Shown: piece after piece, positions 52,996-62,807 of the stretch
How positions within the stretch are numbered: the first letter of the stretch is position 1
How the letters are laid out: every line of letters starts with the position of its first letter
Assembly: GCA_947478865.1 (NCBI GenBank)
Contig: CANJXF010000003.1
Location: 26,912 to 90,911 of the forward strand
From: Verrucomicrobiales bacterium
Lineage (GTDB): Bacteria > Verrucomicrobiota > Verrucomicrobiia > Limisphaerales > CANJXF01
Length of the DNA: 64,000 nt
Direction of reading: 5' to 3'
The notes under the pieces: model-generated
What the model saw: the letters and a program-made list of their open reading frames with translations, nothing else
The model's database searches: none
What the model was told of the DNA's origin: nothing
Position numbers and translations under genes: made by a program

Positions 52996-55185
52996 CTAAA
53001 TCATGCCCGCCAGTTTCCGGCCCGTCCAATAAATCGCGAGGAGGAACAGGATCAGGCCGCCCCACCACGGGCTGGACCAAAGGCGGATGCGCTTTTCGAT
53101 CGGCTTGGCTTCGGGCAGCAATGAAATTTTTTGGACAATCTTTTCCAGGTCTTCGTAGGAGGCGCTCGCGCCGCCGGTGAGGTTGGCCACCTCGCGCAAG
53201 GTCTGGCTGTTGACCGGCTGGCCCACTTTTTCACGCAGCGGTTGATTGACCGCCACCTCGGTTTCCAGGCGGCGCGAATTTTTTTGGGCTGCCATTTGGA
53301 TCTTATATTTTCCCCCGGATTGTGCGATGAAGCTGGCTTTGAAAACGCCCCAACCGCCTTCGATTGCCGAAAATTCCAGCCCCTCGCTCAGGTGGTTGGG
53401 CGAAGTCATTTTGCCGGTCACTGTTTCATTCTCGGCTGGATAGCCAGCGGTGTCCAAGACGGTTGCTTGCAGAAAAACTGTGTCGCCGACGTGGGGCGTC
53501 TCAGGGCTGTAGCTTAGGCGAATGCCTTCCTTTTCGGACAAATGCCGCTGATGCGCCATCCAGCGAACCACCTGGCTCCAGAAGCGATAATGAAATTTAT
53601 CTTCCACTCCGCGCCGCCAGCGCCAGGCGCTGTCGCTGCCCATGAACAGCACTTTGCCCGTTCCAGCGGTGCGCGTCGCCAGAAGCGGCATGCGCCCAAA
53701 AGAATTTCGCAGCGAAGAGTGGACCGCCAGTACTTCCGAGCCGGGGCGACTTTTTTCAACTGCAGCCGACCAATAGAAACCGGGAAGCAGTTTCCACAAT
53801 TCATCGTTGCGATTTTCATCGGCGTCGAAGCGCGTGAGCAGATGGTGTTTGCCCATCGATGAGAGCAAAAGCTGTGACTCATTTTGCAAACCGATTCCCT
53901 GGGCCTTGCCGGCGTCGAGCACGACGGGATACAGATCGGCCAGGGCACTTTTCAAAAAGGTCGATTGCCGGCCGCGTTTTCCGGGGAGAAAAATCAAGCC
54001 GCTCGACTGCTGCTCGACCACGCCTTTGATGAGTTCGGCATCCTTCTCCGAAAGTTCGTTCTCCCCGATGCCGACGTCGCCCAGAAAAATCACGTCGTAA
54101 CTCGCGATCTGTTCCTTGGTGCCCGGGAAGGCGGGCAGATAATCTTTGCCGCCGCCAAGGCCGATTTCCGGGTGGAACAAGATGCAGTGCATCTCCACGC
54201 CGGGATCGCGGGCGAGGGCGTTGCGAAGGTAACGATATTCCCAGCGCGGCAGGGAATCGACCACGAGCACCTTGAGTTTGTCCTCGCGAATGTTGATCTG
54301 AAAATTCTGCTCGTTGTTTTCAGCGACGCCTTCATCGGGCTGGACGGGTAATTTGAGTTTCAACGCCGCTTCACCCATGGCATGCGGCGACCACAGAATC
54401 GCTTCCTGGACTTCGCCCATCGGCGGAATAACGATTTCCTTTTTGACCTCGTCCCAATTCGCTTCACCGAGCGAAATCTCGGTGCGAACTTCATGGGGCA
54501 AATGGCTGCGAACCTTGAATGGAATGGCGATTTGCTCGCCGAACAATCCGTAGGAGGGCGCGGAAACATTCTCCAAAACCAGATCGGGAATGGGCGTCTC
54601 GCGTCCGACGGTCACGGCGAAAACGGGAATATTTTGCTCGCGCAAACGGGTCGCGGCCACGAGCGGGGATTTGCCGAGATTCCAATCGCCATCGGTCAAG
54701 AGAAGAACAGCTTTGAGATTTTTTTGCTGTTGCGCGGCAGTTTCCAGCGCGCGGTTCAAATCCGAGCCATCATCGCTGAGCGGAGAATTGGTGTTGGCCG
54801 TGGGCGCGGAAAAATCGGCGAGAATAACTTTGCCGGATTTTTCCAGCGGCTTCCAAAATTGCGCCTGGCGTTTTTGTTGAAGCCAATCGGCGCGGGTTCC
54901 GGCGCGGTTGGTCGTGACGATGTCGCGGGTCGTCATGCTCGCAGAATTGTCCATGAGCACGGCGATCTCGGGGTTTTCCGTTCGCTTGATTTGCTGGACG
55001 AATTCCGGCCGGAACAATGTGAAAACAATTGCCGTGATCAACAGCAGGCGAAGTGTTTCCAGCAGCGCGGCTGTGCGCCGTTTTCCGCTGCGCTGCCAGT
55101 TCGCCCAGCAAAGCCACGCCGCTCCGAGCCAGATCAAAACTCCGGCCAGAATCACCCAGGCTGATGCTGCGATGGATAGGTTCAT
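52996..55185 (-). CDS. membrane-anchored von Willebrand factor A domain protein with GATase1-like middle domain (Bat-like)
   Basis: N-terminal TM segments. The VWA domain has IAVLMDNSASM and LLLTDGDWN. A C-terminal TM segment follows. Confidence 0.8.
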   Translation of the reverse strand: MNLSIAASAWVILAGVLIWLGAAWLCWANWQRSGKRRTAALLETLRLLLITAIVFTLFRPEFVQQIKRTENPEIAVLMDNSASMTTRDIVTTNRAGTRADWLQQKRQAQFWKPLEKSGKVILADFSAPTANTNSPLSDDGSDLNRALETAAQQQKNLKAVLLLTDGDWNLGKSPLVAATRLREQNIPVFAVTVGRETPIPDLVLENVSAPSYGLFGEQIAIPFKVRSHLPHEVRTEISLGEANWDEVKKEIVIPPMGEVQEAILWSPHAMGEAALKLKLPVQPDEGVAENNEQNFQINIREDKLKVLVVDSLPRWEYRYLRNALARDPGVEMHCILFHPEIGLGGGKDYLPAFPGTKEQIASYDVIFLGDVGIGENELSEKDAELIKGVVEQQSSGLIFLPGKRGRQSTFLKSALADLYPVVLDAGKAQGIGLQNESQLLLSSMGKHHLLTRFDADENRNDELWKLLPGFYWSAAVEKSRPGSEVLAVHSSLRNSFGRMPLLATRTAGTGKVLFMGSDSAWRWRRGVEDKFHYRFWSQVVRWMAHQRHLSEKEGIRLSYSPETPHVGDTVFLQATVLDTAGYPAENETVTGKMTSPNHLSEGLEFSAIEGGWGVFKASFIAQSGGKYKIQMAAQKNSRRLETEVAVNQPLREKVGQPVNSQTLREVANLTGGASASYEDLEKIVQKISLLPEAKPIEKRIRLWSSPWWGGLILFLLAIYWTGRKLAGMI

Positions 55186-55261
55186 GCGGGTGGAATGTGT
55201 CTCCGGCAGGCGAGCGGAGAAATTTTCTCGCGGCCAAGCAGGGAGCCGACGGCGTTCATCT

Positions 55262-57268
55262 TCATGCGGCCACCTCGCGTTTTGAATTTTTTGTCGAAGC
55301 GGGATTTTCTTCTCCGCGAATTTTTCCGGGCAGAATCAAAATACTTTCGCTCACCAGAAAGATCAGCATTCCGAAAAGGATGATTCGCCAAATCTCGCCT
55401 TGCAGCGCGTCGCTCTTTTTTTTCCGTTCCTGCAACATCTGAAACGAAACTCCGGCGAACAATTTCTCCGCGTCGCTCGTTTCCAAAGTCTCAATGTCAT
55501 CTTCGGAAGGCGGGCGATTGACCGCGATGAGCCGATCGCCCGAACGATAGATCCCGGCCTGCGACTGAATGTTTTTCGGCGTCGCCGAATCGACCGGCGT
55601 CCACTGCTTTTGCTGATCGGCCTGGCTCAACTCGCCGCAATTCATGCTCGCCACTTGCTGCAACCGTTTGCTGCCCGTTTGCAGCAATCGTTGCGTCATG
55701 GGAACCAGCACCGGTCCGTCGCCCAGCGTGGACCACTCTTTCTGGGGCAGCGACGTGCAGAAATAAATTTCACCACGGCCCATGATTTGCCGGACCAGAA
55801 AGGGCGAGCCGTCTTCGAATGCAGCCAGAGAACTTTTGTGGCCGTTGAGCATCTGCCTGCGAAAAAATTCCGTTTGCGCCAACGGCAGCCCGAAGCCTTC
55901 GTCGGTCTTCGCGAGCGGACCCTGATCTTCATCCCATTTTGTGATGCGGAAACTCTTTTCGGCCTCCGCAGTTTGGGCTTCGCCCCAGCCCAATCCGCTG
56001 AACGATTGCGCGTCGGGCTTTCCGCCCGGGAAAAAAAACGCCACGCCGCCCTGGTCAACAAAAGTGCGGATGCGCTCGGCGTCGGCTGGATTCGGCAAGG
56101 CGCCTTGCCAGAAAATGACACATTGTCCGTCCAGTTTTGCGTTGGAAAAGTCCGCAGGAGAAACGAGTTGGGCGGCGTCCTTATTTTTCGCAATCAAAGA
56201 GCTGGCCAATTTCAATAGACGCCCCGTTTGCGCGTCATCGCCGACAACGATGGCGCGAAGCGGAGCGTCGCTGCCGTAAACAAAGAACGTCGTGTTGTCG
56301 GAACCGTTGGCGTCGGCAGGCAATTGGAAACTGCCCCAGCCCGGCTCCTTGCGATTGCCCAAATCAGTTTTGTAACGCCAGCGCGCGGCCTGACCTTCGA
56401 GGGCCAATTCCGTTTGCGCTTCTGCGCCGTCGAGGACTGTTTTGATTGGGAAACGTTCGCTCGATTCGGTGTTGCGCTGGAGGTCGAGAACGAACTGGAG
56501 TTCGCTTTGATCACCTTTGGCGCGGCGGGAGATCTCCTGGACGGCGATGGAGCTATTGCGATCGGCGGGTTGGTTCAACGCGAGCAGTCGGACGCGAATT
56601 CCGCTGCTGCGACCGGGCAACGAACCGAGTTGGGCGAGAATGGTTTTGAAGCGGGCGTCCTCGGGTTGCCAATTGCTGCGCTGCAGATCGGAGGCGATCC
56701 AGATTTCCGCGGAGCCGGCGCGATTCTCGAGGAGATAATTGAACGCGGCTTGCAGCATCGCCGGAATATCGGCGGCGGTATCAGTCGGCGTGGTGAGGGA
56801 AAGTTCCGGCAGCGTGGCGGCGTTGATAATTTCCTGAGGCGACCGGGTCGCGCTGTCGATTAACACAAACCGGGTCGCGCCCTCGAATTGTTTGGCAGCT
56901 TGCGAAATAAGTTTCAACGCCTGCTCGCGCTTGGTGCTGCCGCCGGAGATTTTTGTTTCCATGCTCGCGGAACGGTCGAGCAGGATCAGCACGACATCCG
57001 GCGCGGGCGAAAGCATCCAACCCATCCAGCCGCCCGCCAGCGGGCGCGCGAGAAATAAAATTAAAGCCAGAACCGCCAGCGTGCGAAAAAGCAGGATCAA
57101 GAACTGGCGAAGCTTGGCGTGGCTGGTGGATGCGCGCGTCGCCGAGAGAAGAAAACGCATCGCCGCCCACGGTTGCTTCCGATGCCGCAGGCGGTTGATC
57201 AAATGAATGATGACCGGCAGCAAAATCAGCGGCAACCCCCAGAGAATGAATGGCTGGAGAAAGGTCAT
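55262..57268 (-). CDS. BatA N-terminal-domain (aerotolerance regulator N-terminal) double-TM protein with VWA-like region
   Basis: MTFLQPFILWGLPLILLPVIIHLINR start. VVLILLDRSASM. C-terminal TM segment. Confidence 0.8.
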   Translation of the reverse strand: MTFLQPFILWGLPLILLPVIIHLINRLRHRKQPWAAMRFLLSATRASTSHAKLRQFLILLFRTLAVLALILFLARPLAGGWMGWMLSPAPDVVLILLDRSASMETKISGGSTKREQALKLISQAAKQFEGATRFVLIDSATRSPQEIINAATLPELSLTTPTDTAADIPAMLQAAFNYLLENRAGSAEIWIASDLQRSNWQPEDARFKTILAQLGSLPGRSSGIRVRLLALNQPADRNSSIAVQEISRRAKGDQSELQFVLDLQRNTESSERFPIKTVLDGAEAQTELALEGQAARWRYKTDLGNRKEPGWGSFQLPADANGSDNTTFFVYGSDAPLRAIVVGDDAQTGRLLKLASSLIAKNKDAAQLVSPADFSNAKLDGQCVIFWQGALPNPADAERIRTFVDQGGVAFFFPGGKPDAQSFSGLGWGEAQTAEAEKSFRITKWDEDQGPLAKTDEGFGLPLAQTEFFRRQMLNGHKSSLAAFEDGSPFLVRQIMGRGEIYFCTSLPQKEWSTLGDGPVLVPMTQRLLQTGSKRLQQVASMNCGELSQADQQKQWTPVDSATPKNIQSQAGIYRSGDRLIAVNRPPSEDDIETLETSDAEKLFAGVSFQMLQERKKKSDALQGEIWRIILFGMLIFLVSESILILPGKIRGEENPASTKNSKREVAA

Positions 57269-57386
57269 GCTTCGGGTGGCACCGGGCTGATCCGGTTGGG
57301 TCGCAGATTTGGTCCTGGTGAATTGGAAAGGAGGTATTCGCACCCGCCGGAGGCAGGTGCTACCCAGCGTCGTTGTGTCGAATTCA

Positions 57387-58295
57387 TCATCGTGGGCCAG
57401 ATGCCATTCGCGTGCGCTCGGTGAGGAAATCCGCGAGCACTTTTTCGTAGCTTTCGTCTGTGACGATGCGGCGGTAGTCCGCGTTGAATTGATGGCAACC
57501 CGAGCGAAGCAGGTCCAGGAATTTTCTGATTTGCTGAAGGTATTGCTCGCGAATCACCGCCGGCTCAGTGACGAGGCTGAAAGAGCTTTCCAAATCGGCG
57601 AAGCGCACGGGGCGATCGAAATTAAAATCAAGTTCAGCGCGATCGAGCAGATGGAAAACGGCCAGGTCATGATTTTGAAATCGGAGATGCTGGAAGCAGC
57701 CGAGCAATTCCGTGGTGTCGCAGAAAAAGTCAGAGAACACGGCGACGAGCGCGCGGCGCCGGGTCTTCTCCGCGATTTCGTGCAGCACGGGCATCAGGCC
57801 GGTTTCTCCCTCAGGTTTCGCTTTGTCCAAAACTTCCAGGAGATTTTGGAAGTGCGCGGGGTTGCGGCGGGCGGGAAGTTCGTGAACGGTCTTCTCTCCG
57901 ACGATGATTAAACCGGCGGCGTCTCCCTGATGAATGACGAGGTAAGCCAGCGTCGCAATCATGCGCTTCGCGAAATCAAAGCGGCTTTCGCCTTTGTCGG
58001 TGAACCCCATCGAGGCGCTGCAATCGAGAACGAAGTAGCAGCGCAGGTTTGTTTCCGCCTCGAACTCCTTCATGTAAAAACGGTCGGTGCGACCGAACAC
58101 ACGCCAGTCGAGGCGGCGGATGTCGTCGCCGGGCGTGTAATTCCGGTATTCGGCGAACTCGACGCTCGAACCGCGATGCGGACTTTTGTGCTGGCCGGAA
58201 ACAGTTCCTTCCATCGCGAAGCGCGAAAGCAACGGCTGGCCCATGAGGCGTGACAGGACTTTTGGATCGAGGAACTGATGGCCTTTCTCTGTCAT
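57387..58295 (-). CDS. DUF58 domain protein
   Basis: EFAEYRNYTPGDDIRRLDWRVFGRTDRFYMKEFEAE is classic DUF58. Start set at MTEKGHQF, 1 nt after the upstream stop. Confidence 0.85.
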   Translation of the reverse strand: MTEKGHQFLDPKVLSRLMGQPLLSRFAMEGTVSGQHKSPHRGSSVEFAEYRNYTPGDDIRRLDWRVFGRTDRFYMKEFEAETNLRCYFVLDCSASMGFTDKGESRFDFAKRMIATLAYLVIHQGDAAGLIIVGEKTVHELPARRNPAHFQNLLEVLDKAKPEGETGLMPVLHEIAEKTRRRALVAVFSDFFCDTTELLGCFQHLRFQNHDLAVFHLLDRAELDFNFDRPVRFADLESSFSLVTEPAVIREQYLQQIRKFLDLLRSGCHQFNADYRRIVTDESYEKVLADFLTERTRMASGPR

Positions 58296-58296
58296 G

Positions 58297-58629
58297 TCAT
58301 TCTTTGCTCCAAGTTCCGTCGGTATTTCGCTTCCAGAAATAAGCTCCAATATCGCCACTTACGAGTTTTAAGCGGTCGTTGGACAGCCACGAGATATTCC
58401 ATGAAGAAGTATCTGAAGCGCGTGTGTTTTCATGATGTAGGATTTTACCCTGCTTGTCTTGAATTTCGAAAACTACGCAAAGGTAAGAGGTTTTATCCTG
58501 CCGACTCCTTTCAACCGATGTGCGCAAAAATAAATTACCATCCGGCGAAACAATCGGAGGATGACCGCTCTGAGAACAGCCAGCCGAGAACAGCCAAACG
58601 GGAATTGCCAATATTCCAAACCTCGCCAT
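58297..58629 (-). CDS. small low-GC lipoprotein inserted between the MoxR and DUF58 genes
   Basis: Lipobox LFSAGC. Hand-counted G+C is about 38-45%, against about 70% in a sampled MoxR line. No family recognised. Confidence 0.55.
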   Translation of the reverse strand: MARFGILAIPVWLFSAGCSQSGHPPIVSPDGNLFLRTSVERSRQDKTSYLCVVFEIQDKQGKILHHENTRASDTSSWNISWLSNDRLKLVSGDIGAYFWKRNTDGTWSKE

Positions 58630-58663
58630 CCATTGATCTCGGTAAGCGCAACTGGTTGCCTGA

Positions 58664-59710
58664 TTAACCACGGACTTTTTCCCCTCGCACTTCTTCCAAG
58701 AGTTTTTCGATGATGAAGCTGCTGGTGATGCCCTCGCTTTGCGCCTGAAAATTCGTGAGAATCCGATGCATCAAAACCGGTTCGGCGACGGCTTCCAAAT
58801 CTTCCATGCGCACGAGGTAACTGCCTTGCAATACCGCCCGAGCTTTGGCGCCGCGGATCAAGTATTGAATCGCGCGCGGGCCAGCTCCCCACGTCACCCA
58901 TTTTCTGACCCAATCCGGCGCGTCGTCGGCTTTCGGGCGCGTCAGCCGGACCAAATCAACCGCCGTGTCGTAGATGTGATCGGGGACGGGAACGCGTTGC
59001 ACGACCTCTTGAAAAGCTAGAATTTGTTCGCCGGTAATGATGTGCTTCAACGGCGCGGGCGGGGCGCCGGTGGTTTCGCGGGCGATGCGGCGTTCTTGTT
59101 CGAGGCTCGGATATTCAAGATTGATCAGGAACATGAAGCGGTCGAGCTGCGCTTCGGGCAACGGATACGTTCCTTCCTGCTCGATGGGATTTTGCGTCGC
59201 GAGAACGAAGAACGGCGACGGCAACGGAAACATTCTTCCCGCAACCGTGACGCGATGTTCCTGCATGGCTTCGAGCAACGCGGATTGCGTCTTGGGCGGC
59301 GTGCGATTGATTTCGTCGGCGAGAATGATGTTCGCGAAAACGGGGCCTTTTGTGAAAACGAACGCGCGTCGGCCCGGTTGATCGGTTTCCTGCAAAATGT
59401 CGGTGCCGGTGATGTCGGACGGCATGAGGTCGGGCGTGAATTGAATGCGGCTGAAATCGAGCGACATCACTTGCGAGAGCGAATTGACGATGGTGGTTTT
59501 CGCAAGGCCGGGAACGCCCATCAGCAAGCCGTGGCCGCGTGCGAGGATGCAAATGAGCAATCGCTCGACAACAAGATCCTGTCCGATGATGACCTTCGCT
59601 ATTTCTGCACGGATTTCCTGATAAACTTTGCGCAAGTTATCAATGGCGGCGACATCGTTGGCAGAAGTTTGCTCTGGTTGTTTAGACATAAGTTCAAAGG
59701 ATTTTGCCAC
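58664..59710 (-). CDS. MoxR-family AAA+ ATPase
   Basis: GVPGLAKT Walker A, ILADEINR Walker B, and MoxR-type colinearity. Confidence 0.92.
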   Translation of the reverse strand: MAKSFELMSKQPEQTSANDVAAIDNLRKVYQEIRAEIAKVIIGQDLVVERLLICILARGHGLLMGVPGLAKTTIVNSLSQVMSLDFSRIQFTPDLMPSDITGTDILQETDQPGRRAFVFTKGPVFANIILADEINRTPPKTQSALLEAMQEHRVTVAGRMFPLPSPFFVLATQNPIEQEGTYPLPEAQLDRFMFLINLEYPSLEQERRIARETTGAPPAPLKHIITGEQILAFQEVVQRVPVPDHIYDTAVDLVRLTRPKADDAPDWVRKWVTWGAGPRAIQYLIRGAKARAVLQGSYLVRMEDLEAVAEPVLMHRILTNFQAQSEGITSSFIIEKLLEEVRGEKVRG

Positions 59711-59760
59711 AGCGATTAGGCGGCGTCGAATAAGATTCAGTTTTCAGTCAGAACGTTCAA

Positions 59761-62721
59761 TCAATCCTTTTGCAGGTAGGAAAACAAATCCATGACTTGT
59801 TGGGGTTGCAACGCCTCAAGCAAACCTTCTGGCATCAACGAGGTTTGTGACTCTTTCAATTCGCGAATCTGCTCTCGTGAGACCAAATGCCGCTGATTGC
59901 TGGCATCAACCAGGGTCACGGCGCTCGGCGTTGATTCAACCATCAGGCCCGCGACGACCTGGCCATCTTTCGTTTCAATTTCGAAGCCGACAAATTCGGA
60001 GCGAATGTAAGCGCTTGGATTGACAATGTTCGCGAGCAGAAAATCGGTGTTTTTACGATCAGCCCCGGTCAAATCCGGGCCGATGGAGTTTCCTTCCTCA
60101 AACAACTTGTGGCACACGGCGCAGGCTTGCTGAAAAAGCTTCTTGCCGGTTTCTGGATTGCCTTTGGAATTGCGACCGGCCACCCCAGAAGGATACAGCA
60201 CCAGTTTCAACTCGTTGATGAGGCTCTGTTTTTCGACCGGCGAATTGATCTGGATTTTTCCCCAGATTTTCTCGATGCGGCGGTTTACATCCGCATTTTT
60301 CAACATCGCCGTTTGCCGGACTTGTTCGATGGAAATGGTTTTCGAGTCAATTTTGCCGGCTTCGATCGCATCGAACAATTGTTGCGCCCAGGCAGCGCGG
60401 CTCATCAGCACCGCTCGAGCGCGGGCCTGAACTGGCGGGCTGAGTTTCGCATAGTGGTCCAGAAGCGTGTCCGCAATCTCGGGGGCTGAAAATCTTTCTG
60501 CGACGGCGAGCGTGGCAAGTCTTAGTTTTTCAGATTTGGTCCCGGTGAACATCGACAAAATGAGCGGTAAAGAATCCGGGCCAGCCGTTTGCCCGAAGAC
60601 TTCCAGCAACGAAATCATTTCCAGCTCGGTCAATATCCCTTTTTGCAACGACTCGGCTGCGGCCGCATTGGCTTCGGGGCGGCCGATGCGCAGGCCGAGC
60701 CGGAGTAGATCCAAGTCGTTTGCGTTCTTTTTCCAGGCAGATTCGAACCAGCTTGCGAGCGAAGGCGGCACGCTTTCCAGCCGCCGTCCCGTCAATGACT
60801 TTTCCATGCCGCGCAAAATTATCTCTCGCTCCTCGACTCCGGGTGACTGGGTGAGCAATTCAGCGCAGGCTTCCAGTTCGGAGTTTGCGAATGAATTGGT
60901 CTCAGCGACAAAACGCCGCGCGATGTTTTCGAGCAAATGTTTTTTCATCATGGGCGATTGCCAGTCGCCCGGGGTTTGAAGGAGCGTTTTGATTTCTGTT
61001 TTTGCGTCCGAAGCATTTTTTTCGATCGCCCACCAGAGCAGCAGCGGGATGAAGGGATCGTCGACATCTTCGTCGTGCCGCATCAATTCGTGAACGATCG
61101 GCAGGCCTTGAACTCCCGGCAGTCGCCTGGCCGAACAGGCCAGTTGCGAGCGGACCGCAGGATTTGGTTCGGTGCGCGCGAGTTGAATTAGATTCTTTTC
61201 CAGGGAGGGAATGAGTTGGCCTTTGTCTCCGAGCAAGCGCACCGCCCATTTCCGAACGTGAGGGTTGGGATGATGCAGCACTTCGCCCGCGATTTTGTCG
61301 CTGAACCCGCCGCTGACATAAAGAGCCCAGAAATATTTCAGGGCGTGAGCCGAGTTGGTTTGCTCCAGCTTGTTCTGCAATGAAGCGAATGTTCCCGCGC
61401 GTCTCTCACTGAGAATGCGAATCGCCTGGCGCACAAACCAATCGTTGGTGTTCGAAAGCGAATCGACGAGCTGATCATTGGTCAGCTTGCTCAAATCAAA
61501 CGCCGCCGCCCGTTTTGTCGCTGAGCTTTTTTCAATTTTGTAAATGCGTCCGTTGCTGCGATCCCAGGTGTCGAGCGGATCGACGTGCGTGGCGCGTTTG
61601 TCACACCAATCCGCGACGTAAACCGCGCCATCCGGCCCAATCGTGCAGTCAACGGGGCGAAACAATTCGTCGTCTGTTTTCAGGAGCGGCCCGCCAAAGC
61701 TCGCGGTGAAGGTTGAGCCTTGCGGTTTGAGATTCGCCCAGTAAACGGCGTGGTCGAGCGTGTTGCCAAAAATATAGCTTCCCTCGAATTCCTGGCCGAA
61801 CGCGCCGCCATGATAAATGATTCCGCCGATGGAAATGTGCAGCCCTTTGTAACCGGAAAACGGCACGTGATCGAAAAATCCATAGGTGTTTGAATTGTGC
61901 AAGGCGCCATGTTTGCCAAAGTTTTTCAGGTAGTAGGCGCCCTGGACCTGATGCAGCATTTTCTCGTAAAAATTTGTGCCTGCGAAAAGTTCGCCGTCTC
62001 CATCGAAGTCGACTCCCCAGGTGTTTCCGCCGCCTTCAGCGAACAGCTCAAACGCGCGGGTCACGGGATGATAGCGCCAGATGCCTTGTTGAAATTCGAT
62101 GCCGCGGATATTCGCCGTGACCGTGCTGCCCTGCGCGCCGTAAAGCCATCCGTCCGGTCCCCACGTCAGCGAATTCGCGAAGGCGTGCGCGTCCTCCATG
62201 CCGAATCCGGTGAGCAAAACCTCGGGATCGCCGTCGGGGATGTCATCGCGGTTCTTATCCGCGTAAAAGAGCAAATAGGGCGGTTGCACGACAAACACGC
62301 CGTCCTGGCCAAGCGCCATGCCGGAACATAAATTCAATCCGCCGATGAAATCCTTGAACTTGTCCATGCGCCCGTCGCCATCGGTGTCTTCGCAAATCGT
62401 GATGCGATCGGCGCCTTTCGGTCCGCGCGGCGGCGGTTCGGGGAGTTTGTCGTAGGTTGTGCGGAGATATTGATCCACTTTAACCGGCTTCAATCCCGCA
62501 GGCGTGGGATATTGCAAATACTGAATCACCCACATCCGCCCCCGGTCATCGAAGCTGATGGAAATCGGCTGGCGAATTTCCGGCTCGCTCGCAACCAGCT
62601 TTGCCGTGAACCCCTCGGCGACTTTCATATTTCGCAAAGCTTCTTCCGGCGGGAGCGCCCGGCCGCGCAGCGAAAAAAGTAAAATTCCTGCGAGCAGGGC
62701 GATTTGAACTTGGGATTTCAC
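59761..62721 (-). CDS. PVC-type membrane-bound-dehydrogenase-like / HEAT-repeat / CxxCH heme-binding protein
   Basis: MKVAEGF ... ASEPEIRQPISISFDDRGRMWV beta-propeller start, HEAT-like middle, and C-terminal ACAVCHKLFEEGNSIGPDLTG. A GTG start at 62721 gives a signal peptide. Confidence 0.8.
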   Translation of the reverse strand: MKSQVQIALLAGILLFSLRGRALPPEEALRNMKVAEGFTAKLVASEPEIRQPISISFDDRGRMWVIQYLQYPTPAGLKPVKVDQYLRTTYDKLPEPPPRGPKGADRITICEDTDGDGRMDKFKDFIGGLNLCSGMALGQDGVFVVQPPYLLFYADKNRDDIPDGDPEVLLTGFGMEDAHAFANSLTWGPDGWLYGAQGSTVTANIRGIEFQQGIWRYHPVTRAFELFAEGGGNTWGVDFDGDGELFAGTNFYEKMLHQVQGAYYLKNFGKHGALHNSNTYGFFDHVPFSGYKGLHISIGGIIYHGGAFGQEFEGSYIFGNTLDHAVYWANLKPQGSTFTASFGGPLLKTDDELFRPVDCTIGPDGAVYVADWCDKRATHVDPLDTWDRSNGRIYKIEKSSATKRAAAFDLSKLTNDQLVDSLSNTNDWFVRQAIRILSERRAGTFASLQNKLEQTNSAHALKYFWALYVSGGFSDKIAGEVLHHPNPHVRKWAVRLLGDKGQLIPSLEKNLIQLARTEPNPAVRSQLACSARRLPGVQGLPIVHELMRHDEDVDDPFIPLLLWWAIEKNASDAKTEIKTLLQTPGDWQSPMMKKHLLENIARRFVAETNSFANSELEACAELLTQSPGVEEREIILRGMEKSLTGRRLESVPPSLASWFESAWKKNANDLDLLRLGLRIGRPEANAAAAESLQKGILTELEMISLLEVFGQTAGPDSLPLILSMFTGTKSEKLRLATLAVAERFSAPEIADTLLDHYAKLSPPVQARARAVLMSRAAWAQQLFDAIEAGKIDSKTISIEQVRQTAMLKNADVNRRIEKIWGKIQINSPVEKQSLINELKLVLYPSGVAGRNSKGNPETGKKLFQQACAVCHKLFEEGNSIGPDLTGADRKNTDFLLANIVNPSAYIRSEFVGFEIETKDGQVVAGLMVESTPSAVTLVDASNQRHLVSREQIRELKESQTSLMPEGLLEALQPQQVMDLFSYLQKD

Positions 62722-62807
62722 CCCTGATTTTTTGCAGAGTTCGAAACGACTTACAAGCGGCCAGCTTTTCGCTCGCTCGAAAAGTTCTCCGGCTACAATA
62801 TCGCCGC

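Noticed and set aside
57470-57477. GGCGGTAG, the core of the RfaH ops element
   Set aside because: It lies on the plus strand inside the minus-strand DUF58 gene, so it is not on the non-template strand of a leader. A chance occurrence is likely in GC-rich DNA.
47629-59719. Multiple long plus-strand ORFs across the MoxR cluster (47629-48642, 51105-51983, 52020-52841, 54382-55164, 55400-56218, 59024-59719 and others)
   Set aside because: All are antisense to minus-strand genes with clear family motifs. Their products are Arg/Gly/Pro-rich without motifs.
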